DNA of 48,340 bases. Origin: Hyphochytrium catenoides (lineage: Eukaryota; Protista; Hyphochytriomycota). Position numbers and translations under genes: made by a program. The stretch is taken from positions 1 to 48,340 of the forward strand of contig FLMG01000533.1 in the NCBI GenBank assembly GCA_900088475.1, in the 5' to 3' direction. Below are positions 13,076-26,410 of the stretch, piece after piece. Each line of letters begins with the position of its first letter. Positions within the stretch are counted from its first letter, which is position 1. Under the pieces are notes generated by a model. That model did not search any database and was not told the DNA's origin. It saw nothing but the letters and a program-made list of their open reading frames with translations.

Positions 13076-13247
13076 GCACCTTTGTCTACCTTTTCATAGG
13101 CCCGTAGCTGCGATTCAAAGCCTTTATTCAAAGAAACAACGTTCCTCGCCGCCTTCACTCTCTGCAGCGCCCGCTCATAGCTCAGACCCAGCGCGGACAT
13201 CAGGTAAGCAGCAATCAGCGCAGGTGACCGGGACCGGCCACCAGCAC

Positions 13248-13279
<32 letters not shown>

Positions 13280-13904
13280 NNNNNNNNNNNNNNNNNNNNN
13301 NNNNNNNNNNNNNNNAGAGAGAGAGAGAGAGAGAGACCGGAAGCAGATGGAAACAGCGAGGGAGACGAGAAGAGAGTGAGATGAGATTGATACAAGACGA
13401 GTAAGCGAGGGAGAAGGGAGTTAAGGAGAAGAGAGACAGAGAAGAAGAGAAGAACGATCTGCCACATAAAATCGACTACATGGCAGAGAGAGATTGACGA
13501 CGACAGGAACGGAGACACAAAGAGAGAAGAGGAGAGACATAAAAAGAAAGAAAGAGAGACACGAAGAGAGAGAGAAGATTCAACCAGTGCACAAGGACCC
13601 CTCCGGCATCGACGCCTGCCTCCATGAAGATATTGGCTGCAGGTATGCAGCTGAGGAGATTGGCGTGATCTTTGTCCCGGAGATCAATCGTCAGGTAGGT
13701 GAAGAGCTGGGAAGAGAGACACGGAGCGCAAGGAAGAGAAGAGAAGAGAGAGAATGAGGGCGGGGAGAGAGAGTGGCATATGGAAGGCGAAAGAGAACGA
13801 GGGGAGCGAGGAGGAATAGGTAGGTGAAGAGAGAGAAAAAGAGAAGACATAAAGGAGAGCGAGAGAGTCCAAGAGAAAGAGAGGGAGACCGAGGGAGAGA
13901 GAAG

Positions 13905-13944
<40 letters not shown>

Positions 13945-14867
13945 GGAGGGAAAGAGATCGAACGAGAGAGAGAGAGAAGAGAGAGGCGGGTGAGAAAGAG
14001 AAACAAACCGACAGAGAGAGCGTACCATAGCCAGAATGGCTAGTGATAGGGCGATGAAAGCAGATGAGAGAGAGAAGAGGAGAGAGACACACATAGAGAG
14101 AGAGAGAGGACGAACGATGACAGATGCAAAAGGTTTCTTCTCGCGAAAGAGAGGGGACCACGTACCTTAGGGAAGGTGGCTGGCAGGCCCGAGATGTTGA
14201 GAATGTGAGTGATTTGCCTGGGGAAGAGACAGACGGAAAGAGCAAGAGACAGAGGAACAGACAAGAGCGAGAGAAAATAAAGAGAGAGACAAGGGTAGGG
14301 AGGAGGCAGAACGACAGAGCGAGAGGAAGAAGAGGGAAGAGAGGCCGAAAGAGAGTCAGAGAAGAAAAAGAGAGCGAAAGGAGAAAAGCTGAGTTAGATA
14401 TGGTCTGGCCCCAAAAGGAGAGAAGACAAGGCAGCAGAAGAGGGTAAGGAGGACAAATTCTTATAAAGGAAAGGGCCCATAGCCCAACGATTGAAGAGAG
14501 AGCAGAGAAAGAGAGAGGAAGAAAGAGAAAGAGAAAGTCCAGAGAGAGGGAAGGGGAGACACGACGGAGAGAGAGAAGGACACCACATAGGGAAAGACGA
14601 AGAGACAGAGAGAGAAGCAAAGGAGACGAGAACAAGAGAAAGAAGGGAGACCTATCAGCTATCGCTTCACTATTGAACGCAGTGTGTACAGACCCTATCC
14701 ACACTCGAGGGACAACCTCCACCGGCACATTGTCCTGCATGCCAAGTCATTCATTGAGACGCCAAAGAAAGAGAACCATTCACAAGGATTGCGACCGTTA
14801 CCTGGACAAGCGATGTCTCCAAAGTGAGGACGGGCCTTCCCCTCCCTACGCCTCTCATCCTTAGATT
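7321..14867 (-). CDS. Dual-specificity protein phosphatase, YVH1/DUSP12-like, with C-terminal Zn-binding domain (multi-exon; start codon uncertain)
   Basis: Exons encode PVEVVPRVWIGS (~14655-14740), ITHILNISG (~14165-14215) and YLTIDLRDKDHANLL...GGVLVH (13585-~13710). The last is spliced TG|T to AGGRSRSPALIAAYLM...VSLNKGFESQLRAYEK (~13088-13246), giving an intact HCAGGRSRS CX5R loop. Zn-domain motifs: FCCRCCGTDLFCTANIIKH (~11300-11380), CEFVYLEPLPWM...GNLLCSNQRCAQQLGQWDWKG (~7816-7990) and CSCGGTVVPTFRIQSSRV-stop (7321-7433). Confidence 0.88.
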
Positions 14868-15262
14868 TGCCTTAGAAAATCCACCAGGGAAAGCCCAGCG
14901 CAGGGCTATTTATGGCGCGATTGAAGCTTCCCTAGCACGATCATCTTCATCTGTCTCTTCCTGGCCCTCATTCTCTCACCATTTTCGCCTAAAGGAAGAC
15001 CGGCACACCAGGAAGCACTATGACAAAAAAGCACACACCGCCCCACACAGACACTAGCTCTACCCCTTCTCTCCTTGGACGTGAAGAGAAGAGGATCAGC
15101 GGCCAAAGATCCAGAGGCACAATAACGGGCCTCCTTCGGCAGCAAAGCTCTAGTGGTCAGACAGATGAAGATCAGGAACGCAATAAATCTCTGTCATCAG
15201 GCGTTTTCTTGTGTTTTCTTCTTCTTTTCGTGGAAAACATCGAAGCACAACAAAACGAAGGT

Positions 15263-15350
15263 CTAGTAATCAAATTGTAATCTAAAGAATTTTTACTTTG
15301 TAGTAATCAAGTACTTGGACTATTAAACTAGTAATCAAGTACTTAGACTA
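15263..15350. repeat. Short AT-rich direct repeat TAGTAATCAAGTACTT(G/A)GACTA x2 plus a partial third copy
   Basis: Copies at 15301-15322 and 15329-15350 (1 mismatch), and a partial CTAGTAATCAA at ~15263. Internal palindrome AAGTACTT. Confidence 0.7.
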
Positions 15351-15488
15351 GTTGTGTCAACAAGAGAACGGGAGAAAGAAAAACGACAGACAGACACACA
15401 CACTCAGACACAAAGAGAGTGCGTGAAGCAGAGGGAGAGAGATGTGTGAAGCAGAGAGAGAGAGAGAGAGAGAGAGATTGTGAGATGC

Positions 15489-15524
<36 letters not shown>

Positions 15525-16353
15525 TAAAGATAGAGAGANNNNNNNNNNNNNNNNNNNNNNNNNNNNNNNNNNNNNNNNNNNNNNNNNNNNNNNNNNNNNN
15601 NNNNNNNNNNNNNNNNNNNNNNNNNNNNNNNNNNNNNNNNNNNNNNNCAGAAGAGAGAGGTGGGAAAAGGAGGGAGAAAGAGCGGGAACAGAGAGCATGT
15701 CTAGCTCTTCTGGGGAGACATTGAAAGAATAAATTCTCTTTTTCCGTCATTAGTATGGGGGGAAAGCAGCTAGTTTCCTTCTGCCCAGACCAGTTGAAGG
15801 CTGATGATTACTATTTATTGATAGCTGTAAAAATTGCTCACGATATTTTTTTATTACTTTATGATGATTATTCTACTATTCAAAGAAAAAGAAGAGAAAA
15901 AGAAGAAGGAGAAGAAGAAGAAGGAGTACGAAGAAGAAGAAGAGATTGAAGAAGAAGAAGAAGAAGTATTTGCCTTTATAAGGACGGCTTCAGGATCATT
16001 GATGCACTGACAAAAGTGAATGAATGACTCTGATGTCCATGATGTTGTCTATTAGGCTGGAGAGCAGGAGGGGATAAGAGTAGAAGTGGTACTTCGGGTT
16101 AGAGAGAGAGAGGCAGAGAGAGAGAGAAAACAGAAAGAGAACGAGAGAGAGAGGAAACTGGCAGAAAGAAAGAGAGAGAGAGAAGAGATAGAAAGATAAA
16201 GAGACCCAAGACAGAGAGAGAAAGAGAGAGAGAGCAGACAGGACAAAGACAGGAGAAAGGAAAGAAAGAAAGTCAGAGAGGGTAGAACGGAGGGATTGAG
16301 AGCCCCCAATTCTTAACGCTAACAAAGGACCGGCCCCGAACTCATCCCGTTCA

Positions 16354-17289
16354 TTATCTCATAATTGCGACGTAAGGAACGACATCTACGCCACCGTCTT
16401 CCTCTCTAGAATCTGCAGTTGTTGGGAAGCTGGGGATGGGAATCTCTTCATTGTCGCAAGTTGCCTCCTTTAGCACTGAGTCAGGGCATCTCACTCTCTT
16501 GCCCGGGATTAAAGAGAGAGAAGTCTCAAAATTTGCATGAGAGATCTCGGACAGCTCTTCAGAAAGCGTCTGAAGATTCGTCCGCAAAGATTTTTGAAGA
16601 CTATCGCCTTTCAGTTGTGGCTTGGAAGTAGGCGGGACCGCCTCCCAGCAGGTGTAGAACTGATAGAGATGGCTATCCTCTCCTTTACACTGAAGAGAGA
16701 CAAACTCCTTTCCGCCAAAAGCCGCAATGACTTTCTGTCTTGAGACTCTTCTGCCAACATTCTCCTGAATGATCTGAGGCGTATCGTGCTTCTCAATGAG
16801 TTGCAGAGCTTCTTTCGTATAGTTAAACTGTGGCAGGCCGCTGCAGGTGCCGTGCTTTATCCATTCGTGCTCCCAGAACTCATCATACCGCTTATCTGAC
16901 GGATTATAGCGCACATCTGGCCAGTATTTGACCATCTCTTCTAGGCCTATCGCCTCGATAACGGACGGATCAAAGCTCTGTCCCTGACAATCGTGCGGAT
17001 ACGGATGCCGAGGATCTGCATGTTGGTCGTCATACTGCGGCCACAGACCGTGCAGAGTGAAGTGCGTCTTCCAATAGCTTTCTGGAGCTTTGCAGCCCGG
17101 GAATTTCCGATAATGTCCCTGACAGAAGGCGGCTTGAGAGCTCTGCGCGAGGACAAAGATCTGGAAGTCTATTTTAGGGATTATTGCGTCTCTGCCAGTA
17201 CCATCTTGGTTGGCACTTCCATGCCAAGGAAAAAGAAGAAAGACAGACATCGAGACAGAGACAAAGAGAGAGAGACATGTTGACTGCAT
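16354..17289 (-). CDS. Ribonuclease T2 family protein, secreted/lysosomal, intronless
   Basis: 311-aa ORF with a hydrophobic N-terminal signal-like segment, CAS I FTLHGLWP, CAS II FWEHEWIKHGTCSG and conserved cysteines. Confidence 0.95.
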   Translation of the reverse strand: MQSTCLSLFVSVSMSVFLLFPWHGSANQDGTGRDAIIPKIDFQIFVLAQSSQAAFCQGHYRKFPGCKAPESYWKTHFTLHGLWPQYDDQHADPRHPYPHDCQGQSFDPSVIEAIGLEEMVKYWPDVRYNPSDKRYDEFWEHEWIKHGTCSGLPQFNYTKEALQLIEKHDTPQIIQENVGRRVSRQKVIAAFGGKEFVSLQCKGEDSHLYQFYTCWEAVPPTSKPQLKGDSLQKSLRTNLQTLSEELSEISHANFETSLSLIPGKRVRCPDSVLKEATCDNEEIPIPSFPTTADSREEDGGVDVVPYVAIMR

Positions 17290-17573
17290 CTTTTGTCTTC
17301 CTTAGCTCTCGAAGAGAAGAGAGAGAGAAAGGTGATTAATGGTCTCTGCTCTACTTCTCTCCTCCCATGCGGATAAGGTAACACATGAAGGAGGAAAGAC
17401 GGAGAAGAGAAGAGACGCGACGCGGGGCATGTGAAGCTTCTTCCTCAGTCTTGTCATCGTTTCCCTTGCTTCTCTAACTGTTTCTTCTTCTCTGTTTCTC
17501 CTCTCGCGCGTTCTCTCACTTCTATGTCCTCTCTCTCTCTCTCCTCTCTTTTTCTCCCTCTCTCTCTTTTCTT

Positions 17574-17609
<36 letters not shown>

Positions 17610-18043
17610 TCTCTGTCTCTCTCTCTCTCTTGTGCACTCTTCCCTTTTTACTCTCTCTTCCTCTGAATAGTCTATCACATATCTGTTCCCCTCTCTCATT
17701 CACCTTGTTCCCATCTTTTAAACGCTCATATTTTCCTCTCTGCATTACTCTGTCTTTCGCCTCCCTCTATCGATCCTGTTTCTTGATATAGCGTCATACA
17801 TTCAGGATCTCGCGGATAAACGGAGTCTGATTTCTGATAGAAGCTATTGAAGGAGAAACGGATCAATCGAAGAGGCACAGCGGATAGAAAAATAATAGTT
17901 CCGGAACTGAAGCGTAATAACGGTGTTTAGTGGGAAGCTCATGCAGTAATCATAGTGCAATCTCGTCGACCAGTCTCCGTTGCTTTTTACTGTCTCCACT
18001 TGCAGACGAGCTCTCTCTCTCTTTCTCCCTCTCCCTCTCTCTT

Positions 18044-18087
<44 letters not shown>

Positions 18088-18631
18088 CCTCTCCCTCTCT
18101 CTTTCTCCCTCTCCCTCCCTCCCTCTCTCTCCCCCCTTTCTCTCTCCCTCTCTTTCTCTTTTGGTCTCTCATTCACATACTTGCTCTCTTAGTTCCTCCT
18201 CTCCACTGTCTGTTCGCTCTCTCTCTCTCTCTGTCTTCAGAGTATCACCCCTTCCACTGTCTTATCTTGTCGGTCTCTTGACCAAGTCGTCAGCAGTTCT
18301 AGGGAAAGAACCTCTCTCTCTTTCTCTCTCTCTTCTCTACCTCTTGTCACTTGTCAAGGGCTCTTCCACTCTCTCTCTTCCTCTCTCTCTCTTTTTCCCT
18401 TTATTGTTTCCTCCCGCCCTCTCTAGGATCTCTTCAGTCAACGGCCACGCCAGTCCTCAACTCGCAAGAAGAAGGGAAAGCTCTGAACTAGTTACTCTTC
18501 TCTCTCTTTCTCCCTCCCATTAGTCCATTCTCTCTCATACCGAGCGTCGTCTCTCTTCATTTGAGGAGCAGAGCCCATAGTTTATCTGTAGATAGTCTCT
18601 CAATCCGGAGAGAAAGAGAAAAGAGAGAAAG

Positions 18632-18761
18632 ATGTCTGCAGCCGCGAGCGTCCTCTCCATGAACGCTCCAGCCCACGTCGTTAAGAAAGGGCTTCACAAC
18701 TTCATCGCTGAAGTCAGAGCTTGTGCGTCATATCCCTCTCTCACTCTCTCCTTCTCTCTCC

Positions 18762-18803
<42 letters not shown>

Positions 18804-19740
18804 CCCTTCTCTCATCCATATCTCTCTCCTTCTGTTTGTGTGTGTGCCTTATCTCTCTCTGTCTGGTCTGACCTTCTCGGTCTGCTTCCTTTTTCTTTTC
18901 TTCTCCCCAGCTTTCGGTCTTCCACAGCGCGAGTCTAGCATCTAAGCATGGTTCTTCTCCCTTGTTCTCCACGGGAAGAGCCCATTGTCTCTCTCTCTCT
19001 CTCTCTCTCGCCTTGATATCATCCCACTCTCCTCCAGTCTCTCTCTCCCGTTTCTCATCTGAGACTAAACCACCGTGTCACTTGTCTTGCCCTCTATCTC
19101 TCTCTCTACCCCTCTCTCTCGCGCGCTCTCGCTTCTGTTCTCTCTCGTTTTCTCTCTCCTCTCTCTCGCTTCTCTCTCTCTCCCGCGCTCATCATCCAGG
19201 CCAGAACAAGGAAGACGAGCAGAAGAGAGTGGACAAGGAGCTGGCCAACATCCGCGCCAAGTTCACAGGCACCGAGCAGCTGAACGGCTATCAGAAGGCG
19301 AAGTATGTCTGGAAGCTCGTCTACATCTCGATGCTCGGATATGAAGTCGACTTTGGACACGTCGAGGTAAAGCCCTCTCTTCTCTCTTCCTTTCTCTCTC
19401 TCTCTCTTTCTCTCTCTCTCTTTCTCTCTCTCTCTTTCTCTCTCTCTCTTTCTCTCTAGGCAGCTGCCTGTCTCTTCGAGCTCTCTGTTTCCCCTAAAGA
19501 TCTCTCGCTCTATCTCTGGTTCCCGTTTCTCTCGCGCAGATTGGTCATTTCTCTCGCTACTCTTTCTTCTTTTTTGTCTTTTCCTTTTTCTCTACTTCTC
19601 TCTAGGGTTTTCTCTTTCATTGTTCTCTTCTGCTTCAAGACCTCTTAGATCTTCTCTACCTCCCGCGCGCTAACAATCATCTCTCTCTCTCTCCTTTGCT
19701 CTCTCCTCTATATATATATGTGGCCGCGTTTTGCTCGCTT

Positions 19741-19786
<46 letters not shown>

Positions 19787-20358
19787 GTCTCTAGGCCATC
19801 AATCTGATTAGTTCTCAGAAATATTCTGAGAAGATGTGCGGTTACCTGGCGATCTCTGTTCTGCTGAAGAGCTCGGACGAGATGATGACGCTCGTGGTCA
19901 ATTCCATCCGGAATGATCTCAACTCGCCCATGGACTATGCACAGACACTGGCCCTTGCCTGCATTAGCAACCTGGGAGGTAGGGAGAGACAAGGCTTCTC
20001 TCTCTCTTTTGTCTCTCTCTCTCTCTCTCTCACTTCTGACCTGTTCAATAAGAGCTTGCCTGTAGACTTCTTTCCTATTACTCTCACCTCTCCTCTTCTC
20101 CACCTTATCTATTCAGCTATTCTCTGCTCTCTTCTTTTTCTCTTTCGGTTGTTTTCCTTCCGGTTTCTTTCTTATTTCCCTCTTCTCTCTCTTGTCTGTC
20201 TCTCTCTCTCTCTCTCTTTTGTCTCTGTCTTTTAATCTTCCCATTTATAGCGTTCGGGTCTAATCCCCTGTACTCTGTACTCTGTATCCTGAGGATTGAA
20301 GGAACTGACATGTTCGGCCTCTCTCTCTTTCCTCTTCTCTCTCTCTCTCTCTCTCTTT

Positions 20359-20412
<54 letters not shown>

Positions 20413-21132
20413 AAGGCAAAGAGATTGCAGAAATCCTGGCTGGAGACTGTCAGCGCGTTCTCCTGGAGCCCGGTCGCTCTCCTTTTGTGAAGAAGAAGGC
20501 TGCGCTCTGTCTCCTTCGTCTCTTCAGAATCCATCCCGAGGTCATCGTCCACGAAGAATGGGCGCCAAAACTTGCAGGGTAAGGACGTCGTCCTCTTCTC
20601 TCCCCCGCTCTCTCTCTCTCCCTCCTTGCTCTCTTCCTTTTACTCTCTGTCTCTCTTTCCCTCATTCACTCAAGTCGCTCATGTCCTCTCACTCTCTTTT
20701 CTTGCGTGCTGCTTCACGTTCTTCCGTCCTTCTTCCTCTCTCTCTCGTCTCTTTTCTTCGTTTCTTTTTTCTGTCTTTTCTCTCCTCTTCTTTTTCTTCT
20801 TCTGTTTCTCCCTCTCTCCTCTCTCTGTTTGTGCCTGGTCGGACTTCGTGCTCTGTGTCTGTCTCCGTTGTGGGACCATCTTCTCTCGGGTGTGTCCGCT
20901 TTCTTCCCGCCTTCCAAACTCTATTTCTCTCCCAGTAGATTTATATGGTCAAACCATCTTCTCCCTCCTCTTCCGGAGTCTCTCTCCGCGTTAAAAAAGC
21001 ATATCCCCGCGCTCTCTCTCTTCCCGTCCTGACACGTTGGCCACCCTGTCTCTTTCTCTCTCTGTATGGGCGGGCTCCTGTCTCTCTCCCCGGTACATGC
21101 TAACTCTCGCTCTGGCCCTAACACTCTTTTCC

Positions 21133-21189
<57 letters not shown>

Positions 21190-22326
21190 ACAGTCTGCTG
21201 GAGGATCCTCACCTTGGTGTCCGCACTGCGGTGATGAGTCTGGCGATCGCGCTGGTGCAGGCGGAAGCAAAAGCTTACGTTCCCCTCAGATCGAGCATCA
21301 TCCAGTGCCTTGGAGAACTAGCACTCGATAAGGTTGGGCACACCTCTTCTCTCTCTCTCTCGCTCTTTGGTTCTCTCTTTCTTTCCCTCTCTCTCTCTTT
21401 CTCTTGCTTCGTTTCCTCTCTCTCTCTTTCTCTAGATCTCGAACTTTTCACCAGCTCTCTCTTCTTCAGAGCTCTCCCGGTCCCGGTCTCTCTCTCTTCC
21501 CTGCGCGTTTGCGCATCCCGTTGATCTGCTTCTCTCTCTCTCTCCTGCTCTTCACTCTCTCTTCTTGAGAATCAGAGCTTCTTTGCGCATCCTGCTACCA
21601 GTTCTTATTTGTTCCATGCTCTCTCCCTTATCTAGGCACTTTCATGCTGAACTCTCTCTCCTCTCTGTCTCTCTCACTCTCTCTCTCTCTCCTCTCTCTC
21701 ACACACCTCTTTCTCTCCCTCACTCTCTCTCTCTCTCTCCAGCAAATCTCCGCCGACTACCTCTACTATTCCACGCCCAACCCGTGGCTGCAAGTCAAGC
21801 TTCTCCGTTGTCTTGAAATCTTCGCTGTCCCGCAGAAAGAGAGCGAGCTCTCTCGTCTCTCCGACATTCTCTCTCGCATCATCACCAAGACAGAGATTTC
21901 TAAGAACACGAACAAGAACAATGCGGACCACGCCGTGCTCTTCCAGGCTGTGAACTATATCATCGGACAGGTAGGGAAGAGAGAGAGAAAGACGGGGAGA
22001 GAAAGCCACATAAAGAGAAGCACAGAGAGAGAGAGAGAGAGAAGGAAAGAGAGACAGAGAGAGGAAGAGACAGGGAGGAAGAGACAGAAAAGGGTTTTTT
22101 TGAGGAGGAGAGGAGGAGAGAAGCGTTGCAAGAGAGGGGAGGAGTGGCTGAGAGCAAGGCAGGAATAGGCAAAAGAGAGAGAGAGAGAGGAGAAGAAAGA
22201 GAGAGTACAACGGTTAAGGAGCTCCAGAGAAAGACGGCATCCTAAAAAGGAAGAAAGGAAGGAATCGGAAGAGCCATACGCTGAACTGGAAGAACCCGCA
22301 CGTGACTGAGCTCTCCTCGCCATGCC

Positions 22327-22383
<57 letters not shown>

Positions 22384-22732
22384 TCTTAGGGCACCGCCAT
22401 CCCAGAGTCCATTCGCTCTCAGACTATGGCCCTGCTAGGGAAATATATTTCTGTCAAAGAGGCCAACCTCCGATATCTGGGACTCGAGGTATGCGCTAGC
22501 TCAACCTAACAGATCCATCCTCTCTCTCTTGTCTCTGCCTCTCTCTGTTCCTGTTCTACCTTATCTTTGTCTCTCTCTTGTCTTCCCTTACCTCTCCTTA
22601 TCTGTCTCTCTTTGTCTCTCTTTCTTTTCTCTCTACGTCCCATCTCTTTCTCTCTTTATTTTCTCTCGTCTCCCTGTCTCTCCCTAGAAAAATGTATACA
22701 CTTCAAGCAATCCGCTTACTCATACCCTCCCC

Positions 22733-22773
<41 letters not shown>

Positions 22774-23283
22774 TCCCTCTCTCTCTCTCTGTGTGTGCCA
22801 GTTCATGTACCGGTTGGCTCAGCAGGAGGGTACAACGGAGCAGATGAAGAAACATCAGAGCACAATCCTCTTTTCTATGAAAGACGCGGACGTCAGCGTC
22901 AGGAAGAGAGCGCTTGACCTTCTCTTCATCATGTGCGACCATGAAAATGCGCTTGAGGTAAGAAGAGTCTTACTCTTCTTTACAACTTTCTCTCTTTCTC
23001 TCTCAATCTTCCTCTCCCTCTCTCTCTCTTCTCTTCCTTGCTCCTCATTCCGTCTTCCTCTATCTCTCTCCATCGTGTTCTCTCTCTCTTTCACGCACTA
23101 GAGGCTTCTCTGTCTTCTACCCCGCATTTTCCTTTCTTTCCACAACCGATCTCTCTCTCTTTCTCTTTCTGTTCTCTGTCTCTCTTACTTCGAGACCTAC
23201 CTTATGCTACACTCCCGGTTATTTACTTCTGTTATCTCTCTCCTGATGTGTACTCGGCGGCGGCATCCTTTCTCTTTCTCACC

Positions 23284-23326
<43 letters not shown>

Positions 23327-23792
23327 AGATTGTGAAGGAGCTAGTGAACCACTTGCCTGTGGCTGACCCGAACATCAGAGAGGAAATGGTGCTGAAGATC
23401 GCGATCCTGGCGGAGCGCTTCACAAAGGATTTCAGGTGGTACGTCGACACCATCCTCCAGCTCATCAGCATCTCGGGTAAGAGCGTGTCTCTCTCTCTCT
23501 CTCTCCTCTCGTGCTCTCTCTCTCTTCGGGCTTACCCTGCACTCTTCCCTAGAATTCTGACTCTTTTTCTGTCACTCTCTCGCATTCATTCTCTCTCCTT
23601 CTCTTTCTCAATCTTTCTTTCCTTTCCGGTGTCAATGGCGCCAGCCTCACAGATCTTCTACTACTTCTTCATATCTCTCTTCTTTTTCCTGTTTCTCTCT
23701 CTGTCTTTCTAGAGAGACATAAACTTTCTAGGTCTCGATTTACCTCCCTTCTTCTTCCTCTACAACTCTTTGGCCAAGTGATGTCTTTCTCT

Positions 23793-23835
<43 letters not shown>

Positions 23836-24006
23836 CCTCCCTTCTCTCTCTCTCTCTCTTGAATAACTAGAGCCCGTAACACATGGGACCTGATACCCGG
23901 TCATTTCCGTTCTCTTCCCTGTTTGCCAAAGGTCTAACTAACACGCTCCCTCGCTTCTCTGACTTCTCTCGCTATCCCACTCTCTCTTTCCCCTCTCACT
24001 CTCTTT

Positions 24007-24051
<45 letters not shown>

Positions 24052-24740
24052 GTCTCTCTCTCTTTATCCTCTACCTCTCCGCCTCTCTCTTCTCCCAGGT
24101 CACCTGGTGACAGACGACATCTGGCACCGCGTGGTCCAGATCATCACAAACAATGATGAGCTCAAGAGTTACGCCGCAGAGACGCTCTTCCAGGCTCTGG
24201 AGCCAAAGATTATACACGAGACCACTGTCAAGGTAAGAGAGCGAGAGAGAGAGAGAGAGAGAGAGAACGAAAAAAGACATGCCAAAGAAAGAGAGGACTT
24301 GAAATTGTGTCCTGAGACAAAGAGAGAGAAAGGAAAAGAGATATCGCACATTGCTTTCTGTCCTCATTTGTGCTTTTCTCCCCTTGTTTTTGAAAGCTTA
24401 ACGGCGCTTCTTTCCATCCGCATCCTTGGCTTCTTTCTTTCCTCTTGCCCTCTCCCTCACCTGTCTCTCTCGTGTCCTCTCTCTCTCTCTTTCTTTCACT
24501 CTCTCTCTCTCTCTCTTCCCGTTCCCTAGGTGGGAGCGTATGTGTTGGGCGAGTTCGGCTATCTCATTGTGGACCGTCCGGGGCGGTCGGCAGTGGAGCA
24601 GTTCAACATTCTTCACAAGCACTTTCCCTCTCTCTCTCGGGACACCAAGGCAATCTGTCTCACCGCCTATGTCAAAATGAGTAACCTCCACCCAGAGGTT
24701 CTTCCTCTCGCGCAACAAGTCTTTGAGAAGGTAGGCGAGT

Positions 24741-24789
<49 letters not shown>

Positions 24790-25453
24790 CTTGCCTCAAC
24801 ATGGGCCCCTTCGGACATCTCAGGATCAGCTTTCATGTTCTCTTTATCTCACTCTCTTTCATAATTTCTCTTCCTTCCTTTGGACTACCTACGCTGTCTC
24901 CCTCTTGCTCTCTCTTCCCTCGTCCCCCTTCTCTCCCTCTTTCGCTCTCTCTCTTGCTCATCCTTCGACTCTCGTCTTCACTCCTCTAACATCAATTCTC
25001 TCTCTCTCTCTCTCACAGTTGATGAGTTCAGTGGACGACGAGCTGCAGCAGCGCGCGGCAGAGTACATGTCTCTCCCTCAGTTCGGCGCAGAGGTGATGA
25101 ACACTGTGCTGGACAAGATGCCCATCTTCCCCGCGGGGAGAGAGAGCGCTCTCGTGGCCAGACTCAAGAAGAGCAAGGAGCACAAGGTACCAAAGGAAAA
25201 CAGAAGAACGAGAGGGAGAAAGAGCGGGAGAGAGAGAGAAAGAGAGAGAGAGAGAAAGAACGTATGGGATGTATCTTGTGACTCGGAGGGAGGACACAAT
25301 CCTCTGGCTTTCTCTCTCTGTCTCTGTTATCCTTATTGCACTTATGTCACTCCAGTCTCCTCCATCCCGCTCCTCTTCTGTTAGTCCTCTTGTCCTCCTC
25401 CCTCCCTCTCTCTCTCTCNNNNNNNNNNNNNNNNNNNNNNNNNNNNNNNNNNN

Positions 25454-25489
<36 letters not shown>

Positions 25490-26119
25490 TCGCTCTCTTG
25501 CTTGATCGCTCTCCTTCTTTTTGCCTCGCCAATAGCTAAGTTCTGTATCGTCCTACTCTGTCTGGTCTGATGGATGTGTCTCTAGGAAGAGGATCCAAGC
25601 GCAGAGAAAGCAGGAGGAGCGTCAGAGAGCGCTGCTCGCCCGGCTAAGCAGGTGAGAGAGAGAAGATATCCTACGTTTCTGTTCGCTCTCTCTCCTCTCT
25701 CTCTCTTATCGCTGTCTCTGTATTTGCTGTCTCTCTCTTCTTCTCTTGATAGCCACTCCCTTTATCTGTCTCGATCGCCTACTCTTTCTGTCTCTCTCTA
25801 CACTTTCTCTCTCTATAAATATATGTACTATCTACTCTCTCTCTCTCTCTACTCTCGCTCCCTCTACTCCCTCTCTCTTCTCTGTTAGCATTGCGACGTC
25901 CCTAGACGCCTCTTTCCCTAATGTTCTCTCTCCCTTCCTCTGACAGTGTTCTCTCTCTCTCCTTTCTCTCTGCCTCTTCACCTTTAGAGCTCAGCCACTG
26001 CAGATCTGCTTGACATGGATGAGCCGTCTTCCAAACAGAGCGCGGGGAGAGGGGCACAGAGCCCACTGGACGGCGAGCCAGGTGAGGACACAAAGATAAA
26101 GAGAAAGGAGAGAAACATA

Positions 26120-26153
<34 letters not shown>

Positions 26154-26357
26154 GAGAGAGAAGAGAGAGAGAAACAGCTAGCTTACGGATGACTAACTAG
26201 AGGAGCTACTGACCTAGGGACAGTGCACGGACTGGAGAAGGATCAGCTTCCAAAGCTGATGCAGTGGTTCAAGGGACTCTCCGCCTCAGACTCTGGCGTC
26301 CTCTTTGAAAATGACATCCTCCAGGTCCTGAAAGACTTAAAAAGAGCTTGTGAGAAC

Positions 26358-26410
<53 letters not shown>

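Noticed and set aside
15263-15350. CRISPR-like repeat
   Set aside because: Only two full copies with a 6-bp spacer, in a eukaryotic context with no cas genes.
15990-16045. Possible C/D box snoRNA (TGATG...CTGA motifs)
   Set aside because: Box C is imperfect, the terminal stem is weak and no rRNA guide is recognisable. It is probably RNase T2 3' UTR.
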